Source: Tubulanus polymorphus
Taxonomy: Eukaryota > Animalia > Nemertea
Assembly (NCBI RefSeq): GCF_964204645.1
Contig: NC_134036.1
Coordinates: 7,974,812 to 8,038,811, forward strand
Length of the DNA stretch: 64,000 bases
Direction of reading: 5' to 3'
This document shows, in pieces, positions 12,571 through 26,100 of this stretch. The first letter of the stretch is position 1. Every line of letters begins with the position of its first letter. The position numbers and the translations under genes were made by a program. A model generated the notes under the pieces. It made no database searches. It saw only the letters and a list, made by a program, of their open reading frames with translations, and was not told the origin of the DNA.

Positions 12571-13330
12571 CAAGACGAAAATGAAAATAAATTAAGATCA
12601 AAAGTAAATAATGCTATAGTAACTAATGCTGCAGATAATTTAATTTAAAAAAACATTTATGGAAGTCACTATAAAATTCCATTAGATTTTGAATTGATTA
12701 ATAATAATGCACCTTTATATAAATATGCAATTCAAGAAGATATAATATTTGAAATAACTTTTGCTCCTGTAAATGAAATAGTATTATCTAGTGTAATTAA
12801 AGATATGGGTTATAAATTATCGAATATATGTTAAGAATATGATAAAGTAAAACTGGAACTATGCAAGTGATGAAATAATAAATGAAAATGTTGACTTTCC
12901 TACAAGATCTATTAACTCTTTTAATGCAATTAATGAAATAATGAATGAAAATGTTGACTTTCCTAGAAGATCTATTAAAGATATTTTATTATTTATAAGT
13001 AAAGTATATGCTAATGGCACAATAGATGTTGATAATTGTTATAATCCCGAAATATTAAAAGTAGAAATTACAATTGAAGGTACAGCAAATAGAATATTTT
13101 GTCAAGGAATAAGAATAATACATCAATGCGTAGAAATTTAAAAAAAACATTTCATGAATGAAAAAATAAAATCGTCTAAAGATTGTAATATTAATCAAAT
13201 TGAATATTATAATGGTAATAAATTTGCATTATGGGTAGATTTTGGAACAACTGAAGATAACTTGTTACATGGTTCGGGGAAAAAATTACAAAATACAAAA
13301 GATGGAATACAATTAAACATGATCACATTT
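12571..13330 (+). pseudogene. Polinton major capsid protein, C-terminal part (duplicate)
   Basis: YKIPLDFELI, ITFAP, YNPEILKVEITIEG, KFALWVDFGTTEDNLLHGSG; contains stops and a local 45-bp duplication. Confidence 0.75.
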
Positions 13331-13381
13331 AGATATTATTCAATATTAATAATATAGAAATAATATTAATGATATATATAA

Positions 13382-13926
13382 ATGGGGAATAAAAAATATC
13401 GTAATCCTAAAGAACAACATTTAAGAAATGTGTATTACAATCCTAAGAGCTCAGTTCCCTATTCTTCTGTAAAAAATATATGGCGCCAAGTAAAACAAGA
13501 TAAATTAAATAAGATAACCCCACAAAATTTAGTTAGATATAAAGATATAAGATATAACGTTAGAACTACCAACATACAACATACAACGCATTAAAAAATT
13601 CAAACTCGTAAAACTATGGTTAGTTATATAGATCACATATGGCAGGGAGATTTTATTGATATTAAAAATCTTTAAAAAGATAATAATGATTATTAGTTGA
13701 TATTGAATGTAATTGATTTATTTAGTCGTTATGTATGGAGTTTCCCACTATCCAGAAAAGATGCTGTACAAACTTCAAAAGTTTTAAGAAAATTGCTTTC
13801 AGGTACAGCGAAACCAGAAAAAATACAGTTTGATAATGGAAAAGAATTTGATAATTCATTTGTTCATGGACTCTAAGATTATCATAATATTAAATATTTT
13901 TCAGCGGCGGCGGCGGCGGCGGCAGC

Positions 13927-13959
<33 letters not shown>

Positions 13960-14509
13960 TTAAGAACAAGAATGTGGAAATATTTTACAGCAAATAATAC
14001 TTTTAAATGGATTGATATTTTTACCAAGATTTATAGAAGGATATAACAATTATTATCATTCGTCTATTGGGATGAAACCTATTGATGATAGAAAATCCGA
14101 AAATGCTGAAATTGTTTGGAATAATTTATATGGAGCATTTCTTGTAGGTGATTTTGGTGAACCTACATATATAAAGCTGGTCAATATGTTAGAATTTCAA
14201 AGTATGAAAAAAATATTTGATAAAGGGTAAGATCGGAATTTTTTCTAGAGATATATATAGTATAAGAAAAGTAATAACAACAAAACCATATGTCTATAAA
14301 TTAGTAGATTTTGATGGTGAAGAATTTGATTGGTAGTATATGAAGACGAATTAAGTTTAACTACTGAAAAACTAGAACAAGAATATAAAATTAAAAAAAT
14401 ATATATTAAATAAAACTGTTAATAGAAAAAAATATTCTTTAGTAAAATGAGTTGATGGCCAGATAAATTTAATGAATTGATATCATTGAGTGAAATTAAA
14501 AATATATAA
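13382..14509 (+). pseudogene. Polinton RVE integrase with C-terminal chromodomain (duplicate)
   Basis: YYNP, WQGDFID, VIDLFSRYVW, QFDNGKEF, YNNYYHSSIGMKP, YKLVDFDGE, and a chromo-like LVK*VxWPDKFN; multiple stops and frameshifts. Confidence 0.9.
13904..13958 (+). repeat. Compound (GCG)n(GCA)n microsatellite inside the integrase
   Basis: Read directly; 55 bp here versus 76 bp at 57074-57149. Confidence 0.98.
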
Positions 14510-14740
14510 ATGAATAAGGAATTATTTATATTTGAACCTCATAATATGTTAATTTCTGGTGTAACAAAATGTAATAAAAACTTATTTTTATATTGAATTC
14601 ATTAGAAACTGTTTATAAAAACTATTTTCATATAATAGTATTATTTTGTCCAACATATGAATTTAATCAAACTTATAATAGAACATTACTAGAAATAATA
14701 AAATTATTGTATTAGATGCTATAACAGTTAAAGAAAAATT
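14510..14740 (+). pseudogene. Polinton packaging ATPase, N-terminal fragment (duplicate)
   Basis: MNKELFIFEPHNMLISGVTKCNK is a degenerate Walker A, followed by IIVLFCPTYEFNQTY; abuts the integrase stop (TAAATG). Confidence 0.7.
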
Positions 14741-14744
14741 GTGT

Positions 14745-17370
14745 GACTTTCAAAAACATTGCACCGTAAAGTTGCGTATACTTAGGTAAGAATTGCTATA
14801 GCAAATACACGTTCACTTATGAGCGAAATAGTATCAAATGGTTAGATTTTATTTTTATCCCACTTAAATCGAAATTTAGAGTAGGTTCCTTCATTATTTG
14901 AACTATTTGTATATCCAAATCAAATTGAAATCGGCGGAAACTAACCGAAGAAAATCATCAACGTAACGTCTACATTCAGTGTGAAGAGGAAGAACTTTGC
15001 TTCAACGTGTTCCAAAAATAAACCAGCTAAAACAGAGGTAATTGTTAACGTGATAAAACTACGCAATAAATCGCGAGACTCGAAAATTATCCCACAATCA
15101 CAAGTTCGAAAAAGATTTTAAAACATCAAAACTATAAAGAATTTATTAAAAACTGGAATTTTCGGTTTTATCCTAAAAACCATTCTCAAGAGTGACTAAC
15201 ATTATGATATTTCACAGTATATATATATCAGGGGTGATTGTATTTCCCATAGCCATGTTAAAAGTCTGTTTAAAAAAATTAGAACCAAATAGAAAATATG
15301 AGTTTTTTGTACAAAGCTCAATTAAATCCAAGAGACAATCACTATCTGCGATTTCTACGGTATGCCTTGTGTTTTTATCAAAATGAAAATAAGAAGTAGG
15401 TAACTTTCTCCTAAGAAAATCCATAGTAGGTTTGAAAGTAACATAAATGAATAAACTTGCAACATCAAAATATATGAATAATTTATCATGCCCAGGAATA
15501 ACATTTTTAGACATTCTAATAAACCTTGATTAAGACTAAGTCATCTTCACCCGTCAAGGGAGTCGAACCCACTACGCTAAAGCCGTTACCCGAACCCCTT
15601 GACCTAATATGTCGTTTTTGTCGTGATTAGCCGACGTCGGGCCAATCACAACGCTTGTAACAAACGACATTAGACTTCCTCAAGAATTCCCGTTTAGATG
15701 GACCAATCAGCGTGCATTTTACTGAACAAGGAAGTATTTCGCAAGTCGATATATGATGTCATGCGCAAAGCGCCAGTAAAGAAATTGCGCGTCGTGAGGC
15801 TAGAGGGCTGGTGGAAGCGAGTTCGGGGAGCGATACCGGACGCCTGGCACGCGAGGATGGACGTAATTTGGCTTTCAAAAATGAGCCAAGAACCGATGAC
15901 AGAGTTTTCGCCAAATTTGAATCGCAATTCGATATGATCGGTCATAGCGGAATATCCTTCTTATAATGTTTGAAAGTCCGCAGTGACATTAGTGAATAAG
16001 CTCGCAACATTAAAATATATGAATAATTAATTATGCCCAGGAATAACATTTTTAGACAATTTCAGACTAATAAACCCTGATTATTCTCAATATATCCACT
16101 ATTTACAGATTTTGAACTGCAGCCAAAGATGTCCATTCCCAAATAGGATGGTTTCCAAAACAGGTAAGCCTGCTTATCAGAAGGCAAACATATCGAACCT
16201 ACCAAAATGATTTCGATATTTCATTCCCCTTTCTATCTTCTTCATGATGCGGAAAGAGTTTACAACCGACATAAGATGCCAATGAGTTTAATCTTAATCG
16301 TCGAATCGCGTTAAGACTAATCAAAGAAATAGTATTCCGACCTATTGCCTAAATCTTTGAAATATGGCCCAGTTGTTATCAGACTCTGGGTAGTTGATAT
16401 CAAACTCTTTTTGTAGACAACTTTCCTTTTCAAAATTTCAAAATTTCAAAATCCGTGTTCCGTCTTCAACGTGTTCCAAATATAAACCAGCTAAAACTGG
16501 GGTGATTGTATTCGATATGATCGGTCATAGCGGAATATCCTTCTTATAATGTTTGAAAGTCCGCAGTGACATTAGTGAATAGTGACATCAGTGACATTAG
16601 TCTGCAGAGATAAGGAAATGACGGTAACCATTTTTGAAAATTCGTTATTTTAATTCGCAGTCCGAAAGTCCTTTGAATTTGCTTTGCATAATTTCTGGCA
16701 GGTTTGATTTGAGTTTTTTTTTGTATACGCGTCTTGGTTGGTTGTTGAGATCTTGTATTTTAGAAGGATATGATTCAATATCCATAAACACATTTTGGTT
16801 TCAAAATAATAAATTTTATCTTACAAAATTAGAATTATAGAATTTCTTCAATTATCAATATATCCACTATTTACAGGTTTTGAAGTGCAGCCAAAAGATG
16901 TCCATTCCCAAATATGATGGTTTCCAAAACAAGTAAACCTGCTTAACTGAAAGCAAACGTATCAAAGGCATTTCAATATTGTATTTCCCTTTCTATCTTC
17001 ATGATGCGAAAAGAGCTTACAACCGACAGAGCCTACAACCGACATAAGATGCCAATGAGTTTAATCTTAATTGTCGAATCGCGTTAAGACTATTCAAAGC
17101 AATAGTATTTCGACCTATTGCCTAAACCTTTGAAATATGGTACTTTTTGTAGCCAACTTTCCTTTTCAAAGTTTGTGATCAAAATCCCGGGCTACGGGTC
17201 TGTTTTGAAAGTATTGAGACCAAGAGCATATCCAGATACGTGCTATACCAGTCATCGCGTGATATTGAAATGGTTGACGCTGGTACTAAACTATTTGAAA
17301 TCAAAATTCATTGCATCGTGTGTCTTTCAAAAACATTGCCACCGTAAGGTCTTGGATGCTTAGGTAACAT
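14745..17370 (-). mobile_element. Scrambled Penelope-like retroelement remnants with local duplications
   Basis: RT fragment at 15212..15514 (FDVASLF, LIELC, YFLFGSNFFKQ, MAMGNTITP). Its continuation TITPVLAGLYLEHVE is at 16464-16510. Internal direct repeats 15929-15998/16511-16580 and 16089-16370/16855-17140. Confidence 0.65.
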
Positions 17371-17499
17371 CTGTTTAATTTTTCAACGATCGATGCTTTT
17401 CTCGTTGCATGATTTCTTTTTTAATCGGATATCAGTGTTCGGTTCATTCAAGCTCAACACGTTCAAACATTGTACTAAGCATACCCTTCAAAGAACTAA

Positions 17500-17880
17500 A
17501 CCAATCCCAAACCCAACCACAACCAGACAACCCTACCCCACCCAGAGACCTTACCCTATCACATCCTGTCCTACTCTATCCTATTACCATACCCCACCTC
17601 ATCCTCCTACCCGAACCCTACCACCGTCACTTCTGTAATGCCTTAACACCAGCCTTTCTATCTCTAATCGCAGACCTACCGAACTACACTACCCTATCCT
17701 ACCACATACACCACTCACCCCGTGATCAGTTCTACCAAACTCACCATCCAACCCAACCTCACCAACGCATCCTGCACCATCCAACTCGACCTAACCTTAT
17801 CATATTGTCCTATCCTACCCTACGTGTGAGCTCCTCTGTACCCTTCCCTATTCCAAACCACTCCTAATCCACACTACAAT
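17500..17880 (+). repeat. Degenerate C-rich, roughly pentameric low-complexity tract (also 1340-1720 inverted and 60690-61070)
   Basis: Recurrent cccaa/cctac/cctat/ccatc words with strong strand skew. Confidence 0.6.
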
Positions 17881-18699
17881 CAGAGAGGTAGAAATGTCAT
17901 GATGTCGCGGTTAAACGGATGGAAATTATTCTTATTGCTAATGAAGATGAGAGAACGAACATTCATCCAAATGAGGAATAAGTGAAATGACTGTGTACAC
18001 AATCACGGTTACATGTACATCAGTCACAACTTTGTTAGACTGAAACAATGAGTGAAACTTCTACACTTACAATCTTACACATATCAGACTGCATTCAAAA
18101 CACTTTACAGCTCCTAGTGATGAATGTAACTCTACTTATCTTTTATACTAAGCGATTCATTTTTCCTCCGTTGTTCCTCTGTCGCTCATACTGCTCTTGC
18201 TATTCCAATGTTGCTGAAAATGTTTGAATAAATTGATTGATTTGAATGGCATGATTGGCAAAAACAGAATAGTACAAGTTTGTGAATCCATGTACCGGCA
18301 CTGCGCATCAATGAGCTCTGTGGAATTAACATTTGCTGGAAGAATTCAAGATTTTAAAAGACCAAACAAACTTGTCTTTTTTTCGAAGTCGAACGAAGCG
18401 CTTTTTATTTTGTACTGAAAATGTTTTAAAACGTGCTGTAATGACGAAATAGAAATTAATAATTATATGAAGCACTGTTTGGGATTTCGGGAGCTCCTGG
18501 TGGTATCACGTCGTCGTGGAACTTAATCCCGGTACCGAAGAGTTTACCGATATTTTCTCCAGTTACTATCTCGGGAAAATGAAGCTCTGAAAAACCTTGA
18601 CAGTTCCGTATTTTCAGCTTAGGGGTGAAAAACTTATCTTTAAACTTACTTGTTTTTAATTTTTTGATGCCGCTTGGATCCTATGTTGATACCAAATTG

Positions 18700-18882
18700 T
18701 GCTGCTGCTGTTGCTGCTACTATATTGATGGATGCTGCTGCTCCTATGTTGACGGATGCTGCTGCTCCTATGTTGACGGATGCTGCCTCTCCTATGTTGA
18801 TGGATGCTGCTGCTCCTATGTTGACGGATGCTGCTGCTCCTATGTTGATGGATGCTGCTGCTACTATGTTGACGGTTGCTGC
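18700..18882 (+). repeat. 24-bp minisatellite, about 7 units
   Basis: Unit gatgctgctgctcctatgttga(c/t)g. Confidence 0.95.
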
Positions 18883-20104
18883 TAGAAAACTCAATTCATT
18901 CTTTCACTTTTATTCATCGTTGAAAGATTCTAATTCATTCTTATATGAAATGAACACATACTCAACCATTCATATTAAATAAAGATCCCATGTTTTGATG
19001 TTGACTATTCAATCGATTTTGTTTCCAGTGTGCTATCAATCTAAAACAGATAAGCAAATTATTCTAAAAAAGAAATCTTCACACTTAGGAGAAACTAACA
19101 GCAATGAATATGTTGAATACTCACCGTTATATTCTAAAAGTAATCAAAAATATGTTTCCGACTTGTCGAGATATCTATCACTAGGGCGTTTTGGGTATCT
19201 ACAAACGAAAACTAAAGATTGTAAGATTTCCGAACAAAAAGGTCAACTATCAGAAAAAAATCAATTGAACTTGAGAAATTAAACTAGGCCTGAAATAAAA
19301 GATTTGAATACAAAACTAATTCAGTTTTTGAAGAATGGTACTATACACCTACAACAAAACTAACTACAAAATCTTTGATATGAAAGATAGTTTACGAATC
19401 CACTGATTTAAATACATTTCATGATCGTTAATCTTAATTATAATCTAAAACTTACCAGATATGTTGGGATTTTCTGACGACTTGGCTTTGGTGGGTAATC
19501 CTCAATACAGGCCCTTCACTGGTGTGCGTGCGCTAGACGTGGTGGCTGGTTCTCGAATGAAGCTCTAACCAAGCGTTACTACAATACGATTTGGGTGGCG
19601 GCTATTGTGTGGAAATTCGATCATATCGTGACCCAAAATTGACACAATGAAGTACGTGTACTAGAATATTCGAACTCTATTAACTGTCTGCTTCATTCTT
19701 TTATGGTATATGCGGGTTTAATATACCAACTTCAGCGGGTTTAGAACGCGGCTACAAGACCGAAACAAGAGGCAGGAATAAATCACATCACTCCTGTTTT
19801 AACTAACAAATACATGTATTCTAAAATAAAACGATGTAATTAGTTACTATATGCACCGGCACGAAAATTGATGGCCATCGGATCAATGTCTCTTTAATGG
19901 CAAATGTTATCATACAAAAATTTGATGATTTCAAATCATTTGTTTTGCTAAATATTGTTCCCAGTTTTATTAGGAGGCTACGGCAATTTACTGTAATCTG
20001 TATTTTGTATTCTCGACTTTGGTCGTGTCTTGGTTATCACAAGTATTTTTAGTATTGTCGATTCGTTTTATTAATTGGGGATATTTGACAGGGTGGACTG
20101 AGTA

Positions 20105-22963
20105 TGAATAAAATAAAATGTTGAAAAGTAGGAAAATATTTACATAAAAACTGAAGTCATCCTCAATCCTCCTTGTCAAACATCCCCCAGTAACATACGA
20201 CTCGACCATTCTGAAAATACTCGAGAAAACGAAACACGACCGAAGCCGATATTAAAACAGATAAAAGAAAATTTTAAAAATTCGGAAAATATTCTCATAA
20301 AAAACTGAAGTCATCCTCAAACTTGAATATTCGTTGTCCAACATCCCCCCAGTAACACACGACTCGACCATTCTAAAAATACTTAAGAAAAACAAAACAC
20401 GACCGAACCCAAAATTTAAACGGATGATACAAAATGTTGGAAATTCGGAAAATATTCAAGCAACAAAATGCGACCATCACTAAGTTTCATGTCACTCATT
20501 TTGCTCCCAGATCTCCAGGAAATAGTTATTGATTGCTATACTCAGTATAGTTAACTTTGATAGATCCATCAATTCGTAAATTATAAACATGGAATACTAC
20601 GTGTCACACATTAAAAAACTTGGTTTGACAGTTTGTAGTAAGTGAGTGCTGTTGGTGAAACATATGGATAGATAATTAGCTAGAATAGTTTGAGCAGAGT
20701 CTGGTTAGTTCAGAAGGAAGAGTGGTGAAAAACCCTAAACCTGACAAGTCAAACGAGAGGTTTTTCATTCATATACATATACAAGACCTTGAAAGTTTCA
20801 TCACGTGTGGTTTCTTTGATTTTCCCGGTATTTATGTCGCTATTTGGTAGAAATGTCTTTAGTCCGACTGTGCACATGCACACCTCAGCCGATAGTAAAA
20901 CAGATGAAAAAATGTTGAAAATTCGGAAAATATGTTCATTAAAAACTGAAGTCATCCTCACTCCTCCTGGTCAAACATTCCCGAGTAACAAACTACTTAA
21001 TCATTCTGAAAATACTCGAGAAAACGAAACATGACCGAAGCCGACTTTAAAACGGCTACGGGAAATTAGTGATAATTTGGAAAATATTTACATTAACAAC
21101 TGAAGTCATCATCACTCCTCCTGGTCAAACATCCCCCAGTAACAAACCACTCGACCATTCTGAAAATACTCGAGAAAACGAAAGACGACCGAAGCCGATA
21201 TTAAAACAACTAAAAGACAATTTCGAAAATTCGGAAAATATTTACATTAAAAACTGAAGTCATCCTCACTCCTCCTTGTCAAACATTTCCCAGTAACAAT
21301 TCAATTGGTCATTCTGAAAATACTCTAGAAAACGAAACACGACTGAAGCCGATATCAAAACAGATAAAAGAAAACGTTGAAAATTCGGAAAATATTTACA
21401 TTAAAATCTGAAGTTATTCTCAATCCTCCTTGTCAATCATCCCCAGTAACAAAAGACTCAACCATTCTGAAAATACTCGAGAAAACGAAACACGACCGGA
21501 GCCGATATCAAAACAGATAAAAGATAATGTTTATAATTCGGATAATATTTACATTAACAACTGATGTCATCCTCAATCCTCCTTGTCAAACATCCCCCGG
21601 TAACAAACGACACGTCCATACTGAAAATACTCAAGAAAACGAAACAGGACCGAAGCCGATATTAAAACAGATAAAATAAAATGTTTAAAATTCGGAAAAT
21701 ACTTACATTGACAACTGAATTCATCCTCACTCCTCCTTGTCAAACATCATCCTGTGATAAACCATTCGACCATTCTGAAAATACTCGAGAAAACGAAACA
21801 CGACCGAAGCCGTTATTAAAACACATGAAACAAAAGGTTGAAAATATTGAAAATATTTACACTAAAAACTGAAATCATCCGCAGTCCTCCTTGTAAATCA
21901 TCCCCAGTAACAAACGAATCGACCATTCTATATAAACTTGATTAATCAAAACATGACCGAAGCCGATATTAAAACAGATAAAAGAAAATTTTGAAAATTC
22001 AGAAGATATTTACATCAAAAACTGACGTCATCCTCAATCCTCCTTGTCAAAGATCGCCCAGTAACAAACCAATTGGTCATTCTGAAAATACTCAAGAAAA
22101 CGAAACCCGACTGAAGCCGATATAAAAATAGATAAAAGAAAATGTTGAAAATTCGGAAAATATTTACATTAAAAACTGAAGTCATCCTTATCCTCCTTTT
22201 CTTACATCCCCGGGTAACAAACGACTCGACCATTCTGAAAATACTCGAGAAAACCAAACACGACCGAAGCCGTTATTAAAACACATGAAACAGAAGGTTG
22301 AAAATTCGGAAAATATTTACATTAAAAACTGAAGTCACCCTCACTCATCCTTGTCAACCATCCTCCAGTAACAAACGACTCGACCATTCTGAAAATACTC
22401 GAGAAAACGAAACATGACCGTAGCCGCTAAAAAAATGGGTAAAAGAAAATGTTGATAATTCGGACAATATTTACATTAACAACTGAAGTCATCCTTATCC
22501 TCCTTTTCTAACATCCCCGGGTAACAAACGACTCGACCATTCTAAAAGTATACCTGAGAAAACGAAACACTACCGGACCCGGGATTTAAACGCATAATAG
22601 AAAATGTTAGAAATTCGGAAAATATTCAAGCAACGAAATGCGACCATAACTAAGTTTCACGTCTGAGGCCGTTTGACGTCACTCATTTTGCTCCCAGATC
22701 TCTATCCAGGAAATAGTCATTGATTGCTATAATCAATATAATTAACTATGATAGATCCATCAATTCGTAAATCATAAACATGGAATACTATATGTCACAG
22801 ATTAAAAACCTTGGTTTGACAGTTTGTAGTTAGTGAGTGCTGTTGCTGAAACATGTGGATAGGTAATTAGCTAGAATAGTTTGCGTATGAGCAGAATCTG
22901 GTTAGTTCAGAAGGAAGAGTAGTGAAATACCTTAAACCTGACAAGTCAAACGAGAGGTTTTTT
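20105..22963 (+). repeat. About 154-bp satellite-like tandem array in two blocks (2 units at 20105-20460; about 11 units at 20895-22625), each followed by a shared tail of about 330 bp
   Basis: cattctgaaaatactcgagaaaacgaaa recurs at 21002, 21156, 21310, 21463, 21617, 21771, 21924, 22078, 22231, 22385 and 22538. Tail 20440-20765 resembles 22600-22963. Confidence 0.93.
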
Positions 22964-23125
22964 ATCCGTAATAAGTATTTTGTAATTGGCATATGATGGT
23001 TTTGTCAACCGTTAATGACCAAAAGCAGATCTTGAGTATAATGTGAGTAATTGGGAAAGTAGGCTTTCAGATCAGAGGTCGAAGGTCGACCACTCATCAC
23101 CACAAGTAATGTTTTTTCCTTATAA

Positions 23126-26100
23126 ATGGAGAATGAACCACAGCCAGATGTCAATAAAAATGTCAATAAAAATCAATATTATTGTCAATATTGTAAAAAA
23201 TACATCGATAAATCCCAAAAATCACGACATGAAAAATCTGCAAATCATATAAAAAATGTAATAGATTTTGAAACTCCAGAAAATTCCAATGAAAGAAAAG
23301 AACGATTAGAAAATATGAATGTGGATGAAATAAAATGTGAAGTTTGTAATGAATTTATAGTAAAAGGGAATTATAATAGACATCTCGAATCACAAAAACA
23401 TTATAAAAATTTAAATAAAAATGTTTTAGGATCAGAATATTTTGATAATAAACCTCAACAAGTAAAAAAATCAACTTCAAAAACTAAATCCGTTTCAAAT
23501 AAACCATACATGGAAAATGTTAGAAATTATATTGATTCACTAGAAATAAAAGATACAATTGAAATTTTAGAAACATTACATAGTAAAATTGGTCCTGCAG
23601 CTATTATATTTAGATTTTTTAAAGGTACAACAATAGAAGATTATAGTACATTTAATGAAATAATAGAAAAAATACTAGATTTGATAACAGATGTTGAATA
23701 TCCAAAAATTAGTATCTCTGGGAAAGTAAGTTTTATAAAGTCAGAAGATAAAATGGATTATAATATTCAAACACTCTCTGAAGAAATAATTTCAAAAACA
23801 CATATAAAAGAGAAGTTAGAAAAAATATTTAATGAATTTAAACGTCATATTGAAGAAAGATATTTTGAGGGTTCTGGCTTAACATTGAATGAAATTATAT
23901 ATTTAGATTTAAATGTTTATAATACAAAAAGAAATAAAACATCAAAAAGTAATAAAATGTTTAAAAATGATTCAAACTTTACAACAGAAAAGGATATTAA
24001 AGCATCATCTTATATTTAATTACCATTTACAACAGAAGCAGTAATAAATATTCAAAATGAAGATAATAAATGTTTTCTATGGTCAATTATTAGTTGCTTA
24101 CGTCCAACACAGGAAAATGTTTGTAGAATAACAGATTATCGGAAATATGAAACATTATATAAAATTGATCAATATCCAGTAACTATAAAAATGATTTCTA
24201 AAATAGAAAAAGTTAATAATTTAAAAATAAATGTATTCGAATTAATGCAATTACCAAAGACAAAAGGTGAAAATATTAAAGATTATACATTGGAAGCTTT
24301 ATATTTAAATGATATAATATTTAAATAATATTATGATGATGAAAATGCTATAGATTTGTTATATTACAAAAAAGATGAAAATGAACATTATATGTGGTTA
24401 AAACAAATTGATTTATTCTTTAGAACAGAAAGTGATCACCATAATAAAATTTATCTATGTAGAAAATGTTTATCTAAATTTATGACTGAGAATACATTAC
24501 TAAAATATAAAGAATTATGTGATAATAAAGATTTTTGTAAATTAATAATGCCAACAGAAAAAGATTATAAATTGAAACTTACTAATCATAAATTTAAGAA
24601 TATTGTTCCATTTGTAATTTATGGGGATTTTGAATCGTTGAATAAAGAATTAACTGATCAAGATAGAAAAGAAATATATAACAAAAAGCAATTATTAAAA
24701 TCAATGGATAAAGGAAATGAATTAAATGAAGACACAATACAAGACCCACCAATTATAAATACAATTAAAAAAGTTCATCAAAGAGCTGCTGCTTATGGAA
24801 TTTATATAAAATCAAATTATCCTGAATTATATGAAAGTCAATATATTTCTTTTAGAGGTGAAAATGTAGTTAATGATTTTTGTGATAAAATGATTGAATT
24901 AAAAAGTGATTTTGCAAAATTATTAAACAAAAATAAAAGAATAGTTATGACAAAAGAAGATGAAATTGATTTTAATTATGCAACTCATTGTTGTTATTGT
25001 GAAAAACGTTTTAATTCATTTGATAAAAGAGTTAGAGATCATGATCATTTAAATTCAGAATATCGTGGAGCTGCTCATGAAGATTGCAATTTACAAGCTA
25101 AGAAAGTTAATTTCGTACCAATATTATTTCATAATTCATCAGGCTATGATACCCATCTATTTATAAAACAATTATCGGGAAAATTGGGCGCAATTAATCA
25201 AGAAATAGAAGAATATAATGCTATGAATGGTGTAAATGTAAGAAAATATGATTTTAAACTATTAGCTAAAACATCTGAAAATTATATTTCATTTCAATTT
25301 GGTTGCATTAGATTTTTAGATTCTTATAGATTTCTAGCAAGTTCATTAGATAATTTATCAAAAAGTTTAGTTGATAATGATTTTGTTATAACTCGATATT
25401 ATTATCCAAATGAACAAGATTTTAAATTATTGAGATATAAAGGTGCAATTCCTTATTCATTTTATAAAACACACAATGATTTTAATGTAACAGAATTATT
25501 AAAAGATCAATTTTATAATCAATTAAAAGAGGAGTATGTGAAAGACGAAGTGTTTAATAGAACATTAAATATTTGGAAACATTTTAAGATGAAAAACCAT
25601 GGTGAATTAGTTGATTTATATTTAAAATCAGACGTTATGATATTGGCTGACATATTTGAAAAATTTAGAGAAGTTAATTTGAATCATTTTAATGTTGATC
25701 CTTGTTATTGCTACTCTAGTCCTGGTTTAACCTGGCAATGTGGTTTAAAATATACAAATGTAGAATTAGATTTATTAAAAAAACCAGATATGGTTTTATT
25801 ATTTGAAAAATCAATTAGAGGTGGAATTAGTGGTGTTATGGGAGATAGGTATTTTAAAGCAAATGATGAATATAAATTATTATATATTGACGCCAATAAT
25901 TTATATGGTTGGGCAATGATGCAACCTCAACCATATGAAAATTTTATATTAACAGAAGTTGAAAATGATGATAAAACTGATTGAGAAAGCGCAATTGCGA
26001 GTTCAAAAGATGAAGCACCAATTGGTTATTTCTTTGTAGTTGATTTAGAATATCCTGAAAATATAAAGTTTAAAACAAGAAACTTACCTTATTGCCCAGA

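Larger units (their letters stand above)
6840..20641 (+). repeat. Large direct segmental duplication, copy A (matches 50010-64000)
   Basis: Constant offsets of 43170, then 43191 (after the GCG/GCA tract), then 43359 (after the 24-bp minisatellite); only scattered SNPs. Confidence 0.98.

Noticed and set aside
15542-15620. tRNA gene on the minus strand (GGTTCGACTCC B-box)
   Set aside because: No convincing A-box or cloverleaf; at most a SINE remnant.
17393-17867. Pro/His-rich ORFs (also 1352-1826 and 60584-61058)
   Set aside because: Arise from a C-rich low-complexity tract; no domain signal.
18625-18885. Cys-rich metallothionein-like ORF
   Set aside because: Entirely a translation of the 24-bp minisatellite, GTG start, equally open in other frames.
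20105-22625. CRISPR array
   Set aside because: Whole units repeat with no unique spacers, no cas genes, eukaryotic context.
22963-23125. Polinton left terminal inverted repeat
   Set aside because: No inverted partner or 6-bp target duplication could be found in the window; the right end appears deleted.
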